This document shows positions 35,952 through 46,469 of a stretch of DNA of 64,000 nt, in pieces. Positions within the stretch are counted from its first letter, which is position 1; each line of letters starts with the position of its first letter. The notes beneath the pieces were generated by a model. It ran no database searches and had not been told where the DNA came from. It saw only the letters and a list, made by a program, of their open reading frames with translations. The position numbers and the translations under genes were made by a program. Source of the DNA: Candidatus Aenigmatarchaeota archaeon (lineage in GTDB: Archaea; Aenigmatarchaeota; Aenigmatarchaeia; QMZP01; QMZT01); NCBI GenBank assembly GCA_026397315.1, contig JAPLVC010000006.1, positions 117,108 through 181,107 on the forward strand, written 5' to 3'.

Positions 35952-38156
35952 ATGCCTTACACCCTGATAATATCCGAAAAACCCAGCGCAGCACAGAGGA
36001 TAGCGCAGGCCCTAGCCGAAGGCAAGGTCGAAAAAGTCGGCAAGGCTACTTATTATTTCAAGTTCAAGCGCGGCGGCAAGGATATGATAGTCGTCCCGGC
36101 CGTCGGGCATTTGTTCGTTCTAGACGAGAAGAACAAGAAGGCGAAGTGGACGTATCCCGTATTCGACGTCGAATGGAGGCCGACTTTCGCAGACAAGAAC
36201 AGCCAGTGGGCAGAGAAGTATTATGAAGCGATTGCGAAGCTTGCGAAAGGCGCCAGCGAATACATCTCGGCATGCGACTACGACATCGAGGGCTCGACCA
36301 TCGCTTTCAACATCATTCGCTTCATATGCGGCGCCAAAGACGGGAGGCGCATGAAATTCTCGACTCTTACCGACGAGGACATAGTGGAAGCCTTCAAGAA
36401 CGCGTCACCGCATCTCGACTTCCCGCAGATAGAGGCCGGCCTGACCAGACACACGCTGGACTTCATGTGGGGCATTAACATGTCACGAGCGTTAACGCTG
36501 GCCTTGGAGAAAGCGAATGGTTACTGGACGCTCTCAATCGGAAGGGTGCAGGGACCGACGCTCAAGATTCTGGAGGACAGGGAGCGCGAAATCGAAAGCT
36601 TCGTGTCCGAGCTTTTCTGGACACTTGAAATGCACGGTTCGGTCAAAGGCAACAAGATAATCGCTTTTCATGCGACGGACAGGTTCTGGGAAAAGGAGCA
36701 GGCCGCCGACGTTTTCAGCAAGTGCAGCGGCAAAAAAGCCATGGTTGAATCCCTGGAGAAGAAGATGGTAAAGCAGATGCCGCCCACGCCTTTCGATTTG
36801 ACGACGCTGCAGCGCGAAGCGTTCAACTGCTTCGGCTACTCGCCCAAAATGACTCTCGACGTCGCTCAAACGCTTTACGAGCAGGCGCTTATATCATATC
36901 CTCGCACGTCGAGCCAGAAGCTGCCGCAAAAGCTCGGCCTCAAGGCCATTATAGAGAAGCTTGCGGGCCAGAAAGATTATGCGGTCATCTGCAGCAAGCT
37001 GGCCAAGAAACCGGAGCTAGCGCCGCGCGAAGGCGAGAAGGAAGACATGGCGCACCCGTCGATATTCCCGACAGGCCAGATGCCGGGTAAGCTCAACGGC
37101 TACCAGCACAACATTTATGATTTGGTTGTTCGACGCTTCCTGTCGACGTTCGGCAACCCCGCGATAAGGGAACGCATAACGGTCGTGATAGACTCGAACG
37201 GGGAGAAGTTCAAGTCTTTCGGCGTCAGGACCATCAAGCCCGAATGGATGGAGTTCTACGGCAGATTCGCGAAGTTCAAGGAGCAGCTGCTGCCTGCTAT
37301 GGAGAAAGACGACGTCGTCGACAAGCCGGATATAAAGATGAACGAGAAGGAGACGACTCCGCCAGATCGCTTTTCACAGGCTTCGATACTCAAGAACATG
37401 GAAGATCGCAACTTGGGGACGAAGGCGACGCGCGCCCAGATACTCCAGACGCTTTACGACAGGGATTACATAAAGGACAAGTCGATACGCGTCACGCCTC
37501 TCGGATCGGCCGTGGTCGAGTCGCTCGAGAAGCACTGTCCTGAAATAATTTCCGAAGATCTGACCAAGACTCTCGACGCGGAGATAGAGCTCATACAGAA
37601 AGGCAAGAAGAAGCGCGAGGATATAATCGCGCACGCGCAGAAGGACCTTGAAGCCGTCCTCGGCAAGTTCAAGGAGCACGAGTTGCACATAGGCAACGAG
37701 CTGAAGGAGGGCGTGAAAGAGTTTCAGGAAATAGCCCATTACGTGGGCGTGTGCCCGACCTGCGGAGGCGAGCTGCGCATAATACGCTCCCACATGACCA
37801 AGAAATATTTTGTCGGCTGCTCAGGCTACCCGAAGTGCAGGCAGAGCTACCCGCTGCCGCAGAAAGGCCAAGTCGTAGCGAGCGACGAAAAATGCGAGAA
37901 GTGCGGCCTAAACATCGTGCTTATCAGGCAATTCAAACGCAGACCGTGGAAGCTGTGCGTCAAGGACGGCTTTGTTGGCATGAAATTCGACAAGAAAAAG
38001 AAAGGCGCCGAAACCAAGGAGTCCGCCAAGGAAACAGCAAAAACAAAGGAAGCGCAAAAAGTTGCTGAAAGCAAAACCGTTGCGAAAAAAGAAGCCGTGC
38101 CGAGGGCCGCCATCCAGCTACAGAAGAAGCCGCAGACTGCAAAAACCAAGGTTTAG
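35952..38156 (+). CDS. topA: DNA topoisomerase IA
   Basis: ISEKPSAA, ACDYDIEG, SIGRVQGPTL, active-site ISYPRT, LGTKATR, C-terminal Zn ribbons. Confidence 0.97.
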   Translation: MPYTLIISEKPSAAQRIAQALAEGKVEKVGKATYYFKFKRGGKDMIVVPAVGHLFVLDEKNKKAKWTYPVFDVEWRPTFADKNSQWAEKYYEAIAKLAKGASEYISACDYDIEGSTIAFNIIRFICGAKDGRRMKFSTLTDEDIVEAFKNASPHLDFPQIEAGLTRHTLDFMWGINMSRALTLALEKANGYWTLSIGRVQGPTLKILEDREREIESFVSELFWTLEMHGSVKGNKIIAFHATDRFWEKEQAADVFSKCSGKKAMVESLEKKMVKQMPPTPFDLTTLQREAFNCFGYSPKMTLDVAQTLYEQALISYPRTSSQKLPQKLGLKAIIEKLAGQKDYAVICSKLAKKPELAPREGEKEDMAHPSIFPTGQMPGKLNGYQHNIYDLVVRRFLSTFGNPAIRERITVVIDSNGEKFKSFGVRTIKPEWMEFYGRFAKFKEQLLPAMEKDDVVDKPDIKMNEKETTPPDRFSQASILKNMEDRNLGTKATRAQILQTLYDRDYIKDKSIRVTPLGSAVVESLEKHCPEIISEDLTKTLDAEIELIQKGKKKREDIIAHAQKDLEAVLGKFKEHELHIGNELKEGVKEFQEIAHYVGVCPTCGGELRIIRSHMTKKYFVGCSGYPKCRQSYPLPQKGQVVASDEKCEKCGLNIVLIRQFKRRPWKLCVKDGFVGMKFDKKKKGAETKESAKETAKTKEAQKVAESKTVAKKEAVPRAAIQLQKKPQTAKTKV

Positions 38157-38163
38157 TTCTGAT

Positions 38164-39057
38164 TCAGACGTATTTCGCAGTGTCGAGTATGTTGTTTCTG
38201 TTGTCAAACACCACGAAATACTTGTCCATGTGCTTGAACATCGCCACAGCGTCTTCGTGGCCGTTCACGCCGCTGCCGCAGTTTATTATGTACTGAGAGT
38301 GCTGGTCGCGCCCGTTTCTCTTGACGTCTATTGCCCTGACATAAGGCAGGCTTTCTATTTTGTTTGAAACCAGACACTCCCCATCCCTGCTGATCTGCTC
38401 GAAATAAGTGTCGTGGGTGTGGCCGAGTACAAGGAACCTGACATTGCTTCTGTTGGACAGCGACTGTTCCACGTTCTTGTAGAACTTGTCTTTGTGCCTG
38501 TATTCATTTCCGTTTTTCTTTTCCGTCAGGTGTTCAAACCACACATCTATGTCCTTGTTGAAATATCTTTCAAGAAGGCCCAAAAACCTAAGTGCGGGCT
38601 CCTCTATTTTGGGGTTGCCTATTATCAGATTTGACGCAGAGTAAAAATGGCCGTGCTCTGCCTCCAGATTGTTTCCACCATACATCGGGACAAACAGTCT
38701 GCTTCTGGGGTTGAATCTTTTCCACACCCTTGCCAGTTTAACGTCGTGGTTACCGCGTACGTATCTGGCTTTTCCGCTTGCCAGCATCTCCTCAACCTTT
38801 GCTATAGTCTGGGGATGGGCGTCCTTTATGAATTTGTATAGGTCGCATGAATCCAGCTTAAATATGTCAAATATGGAGTTTCTTTTTACATCGAATGCCT
38901 GGTTTAAATCTACTATATCACCCACCAGAAACAGATCGGCCTCCTTGTCCTTGTTTATTTTTTCGAGAAATTCGGGCAACTGCTTTGGGTTTGTAGTGTC
39001 CTCTGCTTTGCTCCCGTCAACCAGATGCCAGTCGCTGGTGAAGATGCGCTTCTTCAT
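38164..39057 (-). CDS. Calcineurin-like metallophosphoesterase
   Basis: SDWH, GDIVD, GNHD, EHGH, GHTH. Confidence 0.9.
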   Translation of the reverse strand: MKKRIFTSDWHLVDGSKAEDTTNPKQLPEFLEKINKDKEADLFLVGDIVDLNQAFDVKRNSIFDIFKLDSCDLYKFIKDAHPQTIAKVEEMLASGKARYVRGNHDVKLARVWKRFNPRSRLFVPMYGGNNLEAEHGHFYSASNLIIGNPKIEEPALRFLGLLERYFNKDIDVWFEHLTEKKNGNEYRHKDKFYKNVEQSLSNRSNVRFLVLGHTHDTYFEQISRDGECLVSNKIESLPYVRAIDVKRNGRDQHSQYIINCGSGVNGHEDAVAMFKHMDKYFVVFDNRNNILDTAKYV

Positions 39058-39131
39058 GCTTTAATGTTAAAAACAAGCTTTAAATTCACTACTTTTTGGT
39101 TATTTATAAACTATAAATAATCTTAAAATTT

Positions 39132-39818
39132 TTAGAAAATCCTGAAGCCGGCGGGCTTGACACCATCTTGCACTATATCGAATTTCACGGTTTTACCTTC
39201 AGGTATTGAGCGATGCTTGATTATCGTCGCCTTGCGTTCGCTCATCCTGCCCGTGCGCTCGAGAAAGACCATCGACTTAGACCAGTATTTTATGGCATCA
39301 CCGCCTATTATCTGTTCCTCGTTGCTTTCCCATTTCCTGAAAGAGTGCGCCGTTATAAGGACGGGGATTTTCATTTTCCTGGCAAGATTCGAAAGGAATG
39401 AAAGCTGCACAGACAGCTCCTTGTTGGCTTCCTTGGCCTCGCATTCATGGTCGGCGCATTTTAGGCGATATAGCGCGACCGCGGAATCGAGAATCACCAT
39501 GCCGATGTCCCTGAACTGGTTTTCCAGGTTTTTTATTATCACACCCTGTTCCTCAAAGGTCTTGGGCTCCATGACTATTATCTTGTCGAGATCGCTCTCG
39601 TTACCGCTTATCTGCAGTATGCGTTCTGGCGAGAGTCCGCCTTCCGTGTCTATGTAAACCACTTTCCCTCCCTTCCTCACGCATTCCAGCGCGGCCAGTA
39701 TGCAGATGTTCGTTTTGCCCGTGCCCGGGTTGCCGTAAAAGTTGGTCAGGGCGCCCTTTTCTATGCCGCCCGTGAGCGAATGCAGGGGCTCAGGCAGAAG
39801 CAATCGTTCTTCATTCAT
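39132..39818 (-). CDS. radB: DNA repair protein RadB
   Basis: GNPGTGKTN, YIDTEGGLS-ER, LDS, GG-AIKYWSK, KHRS motif. Confidence 0.93.
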   Translation of the reverse strand: MNEERLLLPEPLHSLTGGIEKGALTNFYGNPGTGKTNICILAALECVRKGGKVVYIDTEGGLSPERILQISGNESDLDKIIVMEPKTFEEQGVIIKNLENQFRDIGMVILDSAVALYRLKCADHECEAKEANKELSVQLSFLSNLARKMKIPVLITAHSFRKWESNEEQIIGGDAIKYWSKSMVFLERTGRMSERKATIIKHRSIPEGKTVKFDIVQDGVKPAGFRIF

Positions 39819-39847
39819 GCTAAACACTTAATCCTGATAATTAAATA

Positions 39848-39997
39848 CGCCGGGACTGGGATTCGAACCCAGGACCCCGTAAGGAGACTAGCTGTCTGGG
39901 AAAATCTCAAAACGCAAACACGGAGTTTCGTTTTTTCGATAAAGCCTTTTTCCAAAAGGCTTTCCAGGCTAGCGCGTTACCGTTCCGCCATCCCGGC
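39848..39997 (-). tRNA. tRNA-Ser(GGA) with 68-nt intron at 37/38 (39961-39894)
   Basis: GCCGGGA/TCCCGGC acceptor, CTAGC-CT-GGA-A|A-GCTAG, long variable arm, BHB helix CTGG/CCAG. Confidence 0.94.
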
Positions 39998-40010
39998 GTG
40001 ATATTATATT

Positions 40011-40199
40011 CTAGCGCCTTATTTTTAAGTTTGATTGTGACGCCGGCCTGCTTTCCACAATTTTAAGCCTGTGCCTGCACCGCGGGCAGAAGCCGGATGT
40101 GAAGTCGTAATGGTCCGCGCATACGATGGCCCCGCATGACAGGCAGGAATGGGGCGTTTTGGTCGCCTTGCCGCATATGGAGCACAAGCCCGTTATCAT
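40011..40199 (-). CDS. Small zinc-finger protein
   Basis: CSIC, CLSC, CADH, CPRC; GGTGA upstream; ATGA overlap with the preceding gene. Confidence 0.8.
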   Translation of the reverse strand: MITGLCSICGKATKTPHSCLSCGAIVCADHYDFTSGFCPRCRHRLKIVESRPASQSNLKIRR

Positions 40200-43100
40200 G
40201 TTTTCACCGCCTTTTTACTCGCTTCTGCGTGTCTCTCTATCAGGAGGTAAGCCAGTATCGAGACAAGCGCTATAGCAAGGAATGCCATGATTATTTCGTT
40301 GAGCGGAAGGTTTAGCGTTTCAGGTGTGACCCTGCGTTTCGTCGCATTAGAATAGCTTATTATGTCCCTGCAGTTGTCCAGCGCCGTTTCGGTCAACTCT
40401 TGCGCCTTGTTCATGTTGTTCTGGCCTATCTCCGTCTCGGCCTGGACGATCAGCTCCATGAGGTCCAAGCATTCGGGGTTATCCTCGAAAAGGTCTTTCA
40501 CGAACTGCAGCTTCTCTTCGACTTTCGTCTCGTTGAATATGGGCCTTATGTAAATGACGGACGTCTGGTTCAGCTTGGGGTCGCTTGCGGCGGCCGTGAG
40601 CTTTATTTCATAGCTGTCCTTGGTCAGCTGGTATGTAATGATGTTAAGGGTCGTGGTGGCGCTCTGGTCCACGCCAAGCGAACTTATGTAAGAAGTCGTG
40701 AGACTCGGCGTTATCGCTTTGCTATCACTAGCGTCTGCTGAGATGCGTATGCCGCTAAGGGCGACCTGGCCAGTGTTCTTCAGTGTGACGAGAGCGGACG
40801 TCCTGTTGTATGACTTTATGTTTTCCATGGAGGCGATTGTTATGCTCAGCGAAGCGATTTTCGTGCCCGTCGCGCTCCCACCACCGCCACCTCCTCCTGA
40901 CTGCTGCACGATGGTCTGAGTCTGGGTCTCCGTGTAGCTAACATTGAGCGAGATGTTGTTGCTGCTCACGGCGAGCAGGGAATCATTGACCGTGAAAATT
41001 ATGTATTCGTAGCCGTGCCAGTCAGTCTGCGGCGTGAGAGTCACGACCGCGGAGCCCGTCCAGTTCGACGCGGGGATGGTCACGTTTCCCGTCTGCCCGT
41101 CTATAAGGACGGCTATGTGGCCGGGGTTAGTGTAAGTGATGGTCAGGTTGCTGTCGTCGTTTGTCACGCCGTTGATATTGTCAGGGTCGCGGAAATTGTA
41201 GGAGAGCACAATATTCCTGTTTACGGTGTTCATGTTCCACGTCTGGTTTTGTATCGGGTATACCATTTCTGGCGCTCTGTTAAGATTCACTATGGTCACG
41301 CTCGTTTCTGTGTGCGACGTTACGATAGAGTCTGAAGCTTCCAGCCTTATAGTCCAAGTGCCCGATTCATCGAAACCTGGCGTGTAAGTCCAGCTGTTGT
41401 GACCTCTGCAGTTGTTGACAGAATCGATTTCAGTGGCATTCCTGAACCAAGTGCATTGCAGCTCGTCGCCATCCGAATCCGAGACGCTTATGGCAAAAAT
41501 GACGCTGTCGTTTTCCATGAAAATGCTCGCTGGTATGACGCCGGCTATGCTCACCTCAGGCGCGTGGTTGAGCGTAAGCACGCGCATATTCACAAGCTTC
41601 CAGCCGGTGGCATTGTATGGGGTTATGTTGTTGTTCGTGTCGCGCGCCGTTATGTTGAGCGTATAGTTGCCGGCATCCTCTTCAAGAACAGTGAAGTTTA
41701 TGATACCCGTCGTCTGGTTTATGACGAACACCGAGCAGTTGGTGTCTGTGACATTGTCTTTGGAACAGTTAACGGCCGTGATATTGAAAAGTAACGGCAG
41801 GTTGTTTTCTTCATCAGTCGTTCTAGCGCTGAAATTTTCATAAAAGGATGTGTTGGCGTAAACATTCGTGTCGCTGTAGTTTATTGAGGGCGGGTCGTTG
41901 ACAGCAAAAACTGTTATGTTGGTAATTAGCGAGTCCACGAGGCCTGCTGCGTCCGTGACCGTTACGTTGAGGACATATGTGAAGTTGAAAGTGTTGTTGG
42001 CCCACGTGTCGTTGGAGGCTGTGAAATTTATCACGCCAGTCGACGAGTTTATCGAGAAAAGCGGCTGGCCGACCACAAAGGAAATATTGTACGTGATATT
42101 GTCGCCATAGGGCGTCTGCTGGTCAGGGTCGGTCGTATTCTCCCCGACGTTGCAGTAATAACCTATCAGGTTGTATACGGTGTGCTCGTAAGTGTAATTC
42201 TCGCATGAGAAGTTCAGCACGGGCGCGTCGTTGGTGTTGTATACCGTGAAATTGAAGTTGGAATAGTCTTCCCTGCCCAAGCTGTCGTTGACTATCAGCC
42301 TTATCGTATAGTTGCCGACGTGGGAGTTGTTTATGGGCGTGTAATTCATTATTCCGAAAGCCGGTCCCGGAGGCCAGGACGACGCGCCGGTTTGCACGGA
42401 GAACTTTGTCGGGATCACGGCACTGCCGTTGTAATAGTATGTTTCCGTCCTGAATGTGAGCATGTCAGTAGCGTTGTCCGCGTCCGTGGCGTTCACTGAC
42501 AAATAGAAAGTCTGTCCCTGCATCGCTGTCTGGATGGATACAGAGTCGATTTCGGGCGCATAATCCGGGATGACGGTGAAATTGTAAACCAGCGACGAAG
42601 CCAGGTTACCGCCGTCCGTGACGGTCAGATTTATGGTGTAGTTGCCAGCGTCGTTTCTCAGCGGGTTGGTATAGTTTATGAAACCGGACGTCGCATCTAT
42701 GGAGAAAATCGAGCAGTTGATGTCGCTCGCATTGAAAGTCTTGTTGCAGTAGGTGAAGTTGATGCCGTAGGTGAGCGTGCCATTTACGGCGTCCGAATAA
42801 GGCACGTATGAGGCGAACGCGTCCGGGTCGGTCGTGTTCTGACTCACGTTGCAGCGGAAAGGCAGTTCCTGCACGGAATAGTTGGCGCATGAGAAGTTCA
42901 ACGCTGGCGCGTCGTTTATGTTTGTAACGGTGAAGTTGACCAGCAGCGCATACGTTCCGTTCGCACGGCCGTCGTATACGGATATGTTTATCGTGTAGTT
43001 GCCCACATGGCTGTTAACCAATGGATTGAAACTGAATGTGGCATTGCCCATGCTCGTGCCGTTGTCGAGATATGTAGTATGGTTCGCTGAAATCGGAAAG

Positions 43101-44404
43101 AGTGTGGAGTTGTAATATGCGGTCAGGTTCCTGTAAAGCGTGGTCGCGCTGAAAACAAGCGTTCCGTTGTCTATGTCGCTAGCGTTGATTACCAGCATCA
43201 CGTTCTGACCCTGGCCCCACACTTGCGCAGGGACGCTGTCTATCAGCGGCCTGTCGTTTATGTCTATCACCGTGAAGTTTATGACGCGCCAGTCTGTCTG
43301 GTTGGCTAGCCACGTATATGGTGGGATGTTTTTCGCCGTCGTGTTGTCTCCGCTATCCGTCACGGTGATGTTGAGCGTGTAATTGCCGACCTCGCTGTTG
43401 GCGAATATGACGCTCCTGTTTATCACGCCCGTCGTGGAGTTTATAGCGAACAGGCCGGAGCAGTTGGTGACGTTCGTGTGCTCGCTGTTGAAAGGCCTGT
43501 AGCATGCGATATATGTTACGTTGAAAAAGAACGGGCCGGTCGCGTTCTCTTCGTCGGTCGCGTCCATGTCCTTATACATGGTCGAGTTCTGGAACGACGA
43601 ATTCTGGGTGCTGCCTAGGACCGGGCGGTCGTTGACGGCGTTAACGACAAAGCTCTTGTTGGCAAGCGCTCCGTCGCCTGGCGGGTCGCGGACGGTCAGC
43701 GCCACCCTGAAATTGCCGCAGCCCCCGTCGCTGGTCACGCTCACAGTCACGTTGCCGTTCGCGGTGTTTATGCTGAAACCGGTGAATTCGGTCCCGGCCT
43801 CGTAGCCATATACAAGGCTGCTCCTGTCTATCACGTCGTCGTCAGAGCAGTTGGCGCTGAAGTTGTAATTGCATATCGTATCCTCGTAACATGTCCTGTT
43901 GACCAGGGGGACGTATATTTTTGCCGGAGTGTTGCTAACGGTTATGTTGTCCGTGGCATTAAGGTTGTCGAAGTTTTGGGACGAACCATAACATGTCGCG
44001 TTCCATGCGTAAAGCCCTCTGGACGTGAAGCTCCTGTTGTATTCGTATAATCTGGTAGATGAGTTGAAAATCATGTTTGCGGGCGTCGTCAATGAACCGG
44101 AGATGTTGAAGCTGATGTTGCACTCGACGCCGGTCCCGTTTATCGATTCTCCTGAGGTGATGTTGGTGTAGTTTGCATAGAAGAACGGCAGGGTCGTCGA
44201 GCCGGAGCCGCCTGCCATCGAACTGCCTTCAGCATACACGTAAAGAGAGCCGCCTTCTGCGTCGTTAACGTCCCATAAAGAGAGGCTTGCGTTCTCGCCT
44301 GTCGTGAAAATGAAGAAGCCAGTGAAGCTAAGCGGGCGCAGGATAACGACCACTGCCGCGAACAATATTATCAAAGCTATCAATAAGCCCGCTTTGCCAT
44401 TCAT
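40196..44404 (-). CDS. Large surface glycoprotein with cadherin/Ig-like repeats
   Basis: N-terminal TM; repeats ending VNDRP/INDRP/INDAP/TNDAP/VNDPP/LNHAP/LNRAP; dense N-x-S/T sequons; Gly linker; C-terminal TM. Confidence 0.88.
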   Translation of the reverse strand: MNGKAGLLIALIILFAAVVVILRPLSFTGFFIFTTGENASLSLWDVNDAEGGSLYVYAEGSSMAGGSGSTTLPFFYANYTNITSGESINGTGVECNISFNISGSLTTPANMIFNSSTRLYEYNRSFTSRGLYAWNATCYGSSQNFDNLNATDNITVSNTPAKIYVPLVNRTCYEDTICNYNFSANCSDDDVIDRSSLVYGYEAGTEFTGFSINTANGNVTVSVTSDGGCGNFRVALTVRDPPGDGALANKSFVVNAVNDRPVLGSTQNSSFQNSTMYKDMDATDEENATGPFFFNVTYIACYRPFNSEHTNVTNCSGLFAINSTTGVINRSVIFANSEVGNYTLNITVTDSGDNTTAKNIPPYTWLANQTDWRVINFTVIDINDRPLIDSVPAQVWGQGQNVMLVINASDIDNGTLVFSATTLYRNLTAYYNSTLFPISANHTTYLDNGTSMGNATFSFNPLVNSHVGNYTINISVYDGRANGTYALLVNFTVTNINDAPALNFSCANYSVQELPFRCNVSQNTTDPDAFASYVPYSDAVNGTLTYGINFTYCNKTFNASDINCSIFSIDATSGFINYTNPLRNDAGNYTINLTVTDGGNLASSLVYNFTVIPDYAPEIDSVSIQTAMQGQTFYLSVNATDADNATDMLTFRTETYYYNGSAVIPTKFSVQTGASSWPPGPAFGIMNYTPINNSHVGNYTIRLIVNDSLGREDYSNFNFTVYNTNDAPVLNFSCENYTYEHTVYNLIGYYCNVGENTTDPDQQTPYGDNITYNISFVVGQPLFSINSSTGVINFTASNDTWANNTFNFTYVLNVTVTDAAGLVDSLITNITVFAVNDPPSINYSDTNVYANTSFYENFSARTTDEENNLPLLFNITAVNCSKDNVTDTNCSVFVINQTTGIINFTVLEEDAGNYTLNITARDTNNNITPYNATGWKLVNMRVLTLNHAPEVSIAGVIPASIFMENDSVIFAISVSDSDGDELQCTWFRNATEIDSVNNCRGHNSWTYTPGFDESGTWTIRLEASDSIVTSHTETSVTIVNLNRAPEMVYPIQNQTWNMNTVNRNIVLSYNFRDPDNINGVTNDDSNLTITYTNPGHIAVLIDGQTGNVTIPASNWTGSAVVTLTPQTDWHGYEYIIFTVNDSLLAVSSNNISLNVSYTETQTQTIVQQSGGGGGGGSATGTKIASLSITIASMENIKSYNRTSALVTLKNTGQVALSGIRISADASDSKAITPSLTTSYISSLGVDQSATTTLNIITYQLTKDSYEIKLTAAASDPKLNQTSVIYIRPIFNETKVEEKLQFVKDLFEDNPECLDLMELIVQAETEIGQNNMNKAQELTETALDNCRDIISYSNATKRRVTPETLNLPLNEIIMAFLAIALVSILAYLLIERHAEASKKAVKT

Positions 44405-44529
44405 GTGGTTAACCCTCTATACCTAATAATTGGTTATGAACAATTAAATAAGAAGCAGCGTCGTCGGCATCCTCTTTCCGTCCAATCTTCAATCTTCAAA
44501 ATTTATATTGGAGGCGACAATAATTTACT

Positions 44530-45522
44530 ATGGGTGAGGGCGAAGGCATCGACGAGAGGACGATTGACGCTCATAGAGAAAAACTGGAAAACGTCAAGCG
44601 CGAAATAGGAAAGCTTATTGTCGGACAGAAAGAAGTCGTTGACGGCCTTTTTCTCGGCTTGCTGTGCAACGGCCACATACTTGTCGAGGGCGTGCCTGGT
44701 ATAGCCAAGACTCTAATTATCCGCACGCTCGCGAAAGCGACTGGCTGCGATTTCAACAGGATACAGTTCACCGTAGACCTGCTCCCCACGGACATAACGG
44801 GCATAACCGCCTACAACAAGGACAAGGGCTTCTACGTCGTGAAAGGCCCCGTCTTCACCAATTTCATCCTAGCAGACGAGATAAACCGTGCGCCGCCGAA
44901 AACGCAGTCCGCCCTGCTCGAGGCGATGGGCGAGCGGCAAGTCACGATTGGCAAGGAGACATTCATACTGCCGAACCCGTTCTTCGTCATGGCCACGCAG
45001 AACCCGATAGAATCCGCAGGGACGTACAGCCTGCCCGAAGCGCAGATAGACAGGTTCCTGCTCAAGCTTTTCATGGACTACCCGACATGCGACGAGGAGA
45101 TGAAGATACTCAAGAAGAACATAAACCTTTACAAGTTCGACGATTTCAATATCAAGGCCGCCATAACGCCGCAGGAAATACTGAAGATGCAAGACGATAC
45201 GAAAAAGATATACATGGGCCAGAAGGTCGAGCAGTATTGCGTCAATCTCGTCGACGCCACCAGGAGGCCGAAAAAATACGGCATCAAGCTCGGCAAATAC
45301 ATAGAGATAGGCTCGTCGCCTAGGGCGTCGATAGGCCTTTTCATAGTGTCGAAGGCGAACGCGCTCGTCCACGGCAAGAACTTCGTCATCCCGGATTTCG
45401 TCAAGGAAATCGCACACATAGTCCTGCGCCACAGGATAATCCTGAACTACGAGGGCATGGCTGAAGGGATAAAGACGGATGACATAGTCAAGGAAATCCT
45501 CGAGAAAGTCCCGATACCGTAA
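44530..45522 (+). CDS. moxR: MoxR-family AAA+ ATPase
   Basis: GVPGIAKT, RIQFTVDLLPTD, ADEINRAPPKTQSALLEAM, ATQNPIE, LPEAQIDRF. Confidence 0.96.
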   Translation: MGEGEGIDERTIDAHREKLENVKREIGKLIVGQKEVVDGLFLGLLCNGHILVEGVPGIAKTLIIRTLAKATGCDFNRIQFTVDLLPTDITGITAYNKDKGFYVVKGPVFTNFILADEINRAPPKTQSALLEAMGERQVTIGKETFILPNPFFVMATQNPIESAGTYSLPEAQIDRFLLKLFMDYPTCDEEMKILKKNINLYKFDDFNIKAAITPQEILKMQDDTKKIYMGQKVEQYCVNLVDATRRPKKYGIKLGKYIEIGSSPRASIGLFIVSKANALVHGKNFVIPDFVKEIAHIVLRHRIILNYEGMAEGIKTDDIVKEILEKVPIP

Positions 45523-45575
45523 TCTCCAGCGAACTGTTCTTGGAATTTTTAACTAATGGCGGACAATATTATTTT

Positions 45576-46469
45576 ATGAAGAGGCTGCGCGTCGATGTTG
45601 TTTCTTTGCTGAAAGAACTGGAGATAGTCATAAAGATGCTCATCAACACCAAGGTCACCAGCAAATACAGGAGCGTCTACAAGGGCAAGGGTCTGGAGTT
45701 CGAGGATTACAGGGTTTACACGCCTGAAGATGATGCAAGCAGGATAGACTGGAAGGCCAGCGCCCGCACGAACGACACGCTCATAAAGGTCTTTCGCGAA
45801 GAGCGAAATCTCAACGTCTACATATTACTGGACACGTCTTCGTCGATGATTTTCGGCTCCACCAAAAAGCTGAAGATGGAATACGCCGCCGAGCTGGCGG
45901 CTGCTTTTTCGTATTTCATTCTTGACGCGAACGACAGGGTCAGCGTGCTCATGTTCAACGACAAGATAGCCAAGATGATACCGCCCGGAGTGGGCAAGAG
46001 GCATTTCTACGTGATACTCAATTCGCTTGTCAATGCAGAACTTTACGGCGGCGGCTTCGACCTGAAAAAAGCGATAAATTTCGTCATGAAAACGTCGAAG
46101 GAACGCGGCCTCATGATAATAATATCCGACTTCATCAACGTGAAGGGCGACTGGGAGAAAGACCTGAAAATAGCGGCTGCCAAATTCGACATAATCGGCG
46201 TGCGCGTCCGCGACCCGAGGGACGAGGCCATGCCTGATGACGATGTAGGCCAGATAGTCCTGCAAAGCCCGTTCGCTAGCGACAGCGCTCTGGTCGACCC
46301 GAGGAAAATAGCGGACGCATACAAGAAACGCGTCCAGGCCGAGGACAACAGAATCGAGACCGCGTTCCTGAAAAGCAGAATAGACCTCATGAAGCTCTCT
46401 ACCGCAGATTCGTTTATCAAGCCGCTCGTCGAATTCTTTTTAATAAGGAGGAAATGGTCATGGAGATAA
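45576..46469 (+). CDS. DUF58 domain protein
   Basis: GLEFEDYRVY---DDASRIDWKASAR, DTSSSM, ISDF. Confidence 0.93.
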   Translation: MKRLRVDVVSLLKELEIVIKMLINTKVTSKYRSVYKGKGLEFEDYRVYTPEDDASRIDWKASARTNDTLIKVFREERNLNVYILLDTSSSMIFGSTKKLKMEYAAELAAAFSYFILDANDRVSVLMFNDKIAKMIPPGVGKRHFYVILNSLVNAELYGGGFDLKKAINFVMKTSKERGLMIIISDFINVKGDWEKDLKIAAAKFDIIGVRVRDPRDEAMPDDDVGQIVLQSPFASDSALVDPRKIADAYKKRVQAEDNRIETAFLKSRIDLMKLSTADSFIKPLVEFFLIRRKWSWR

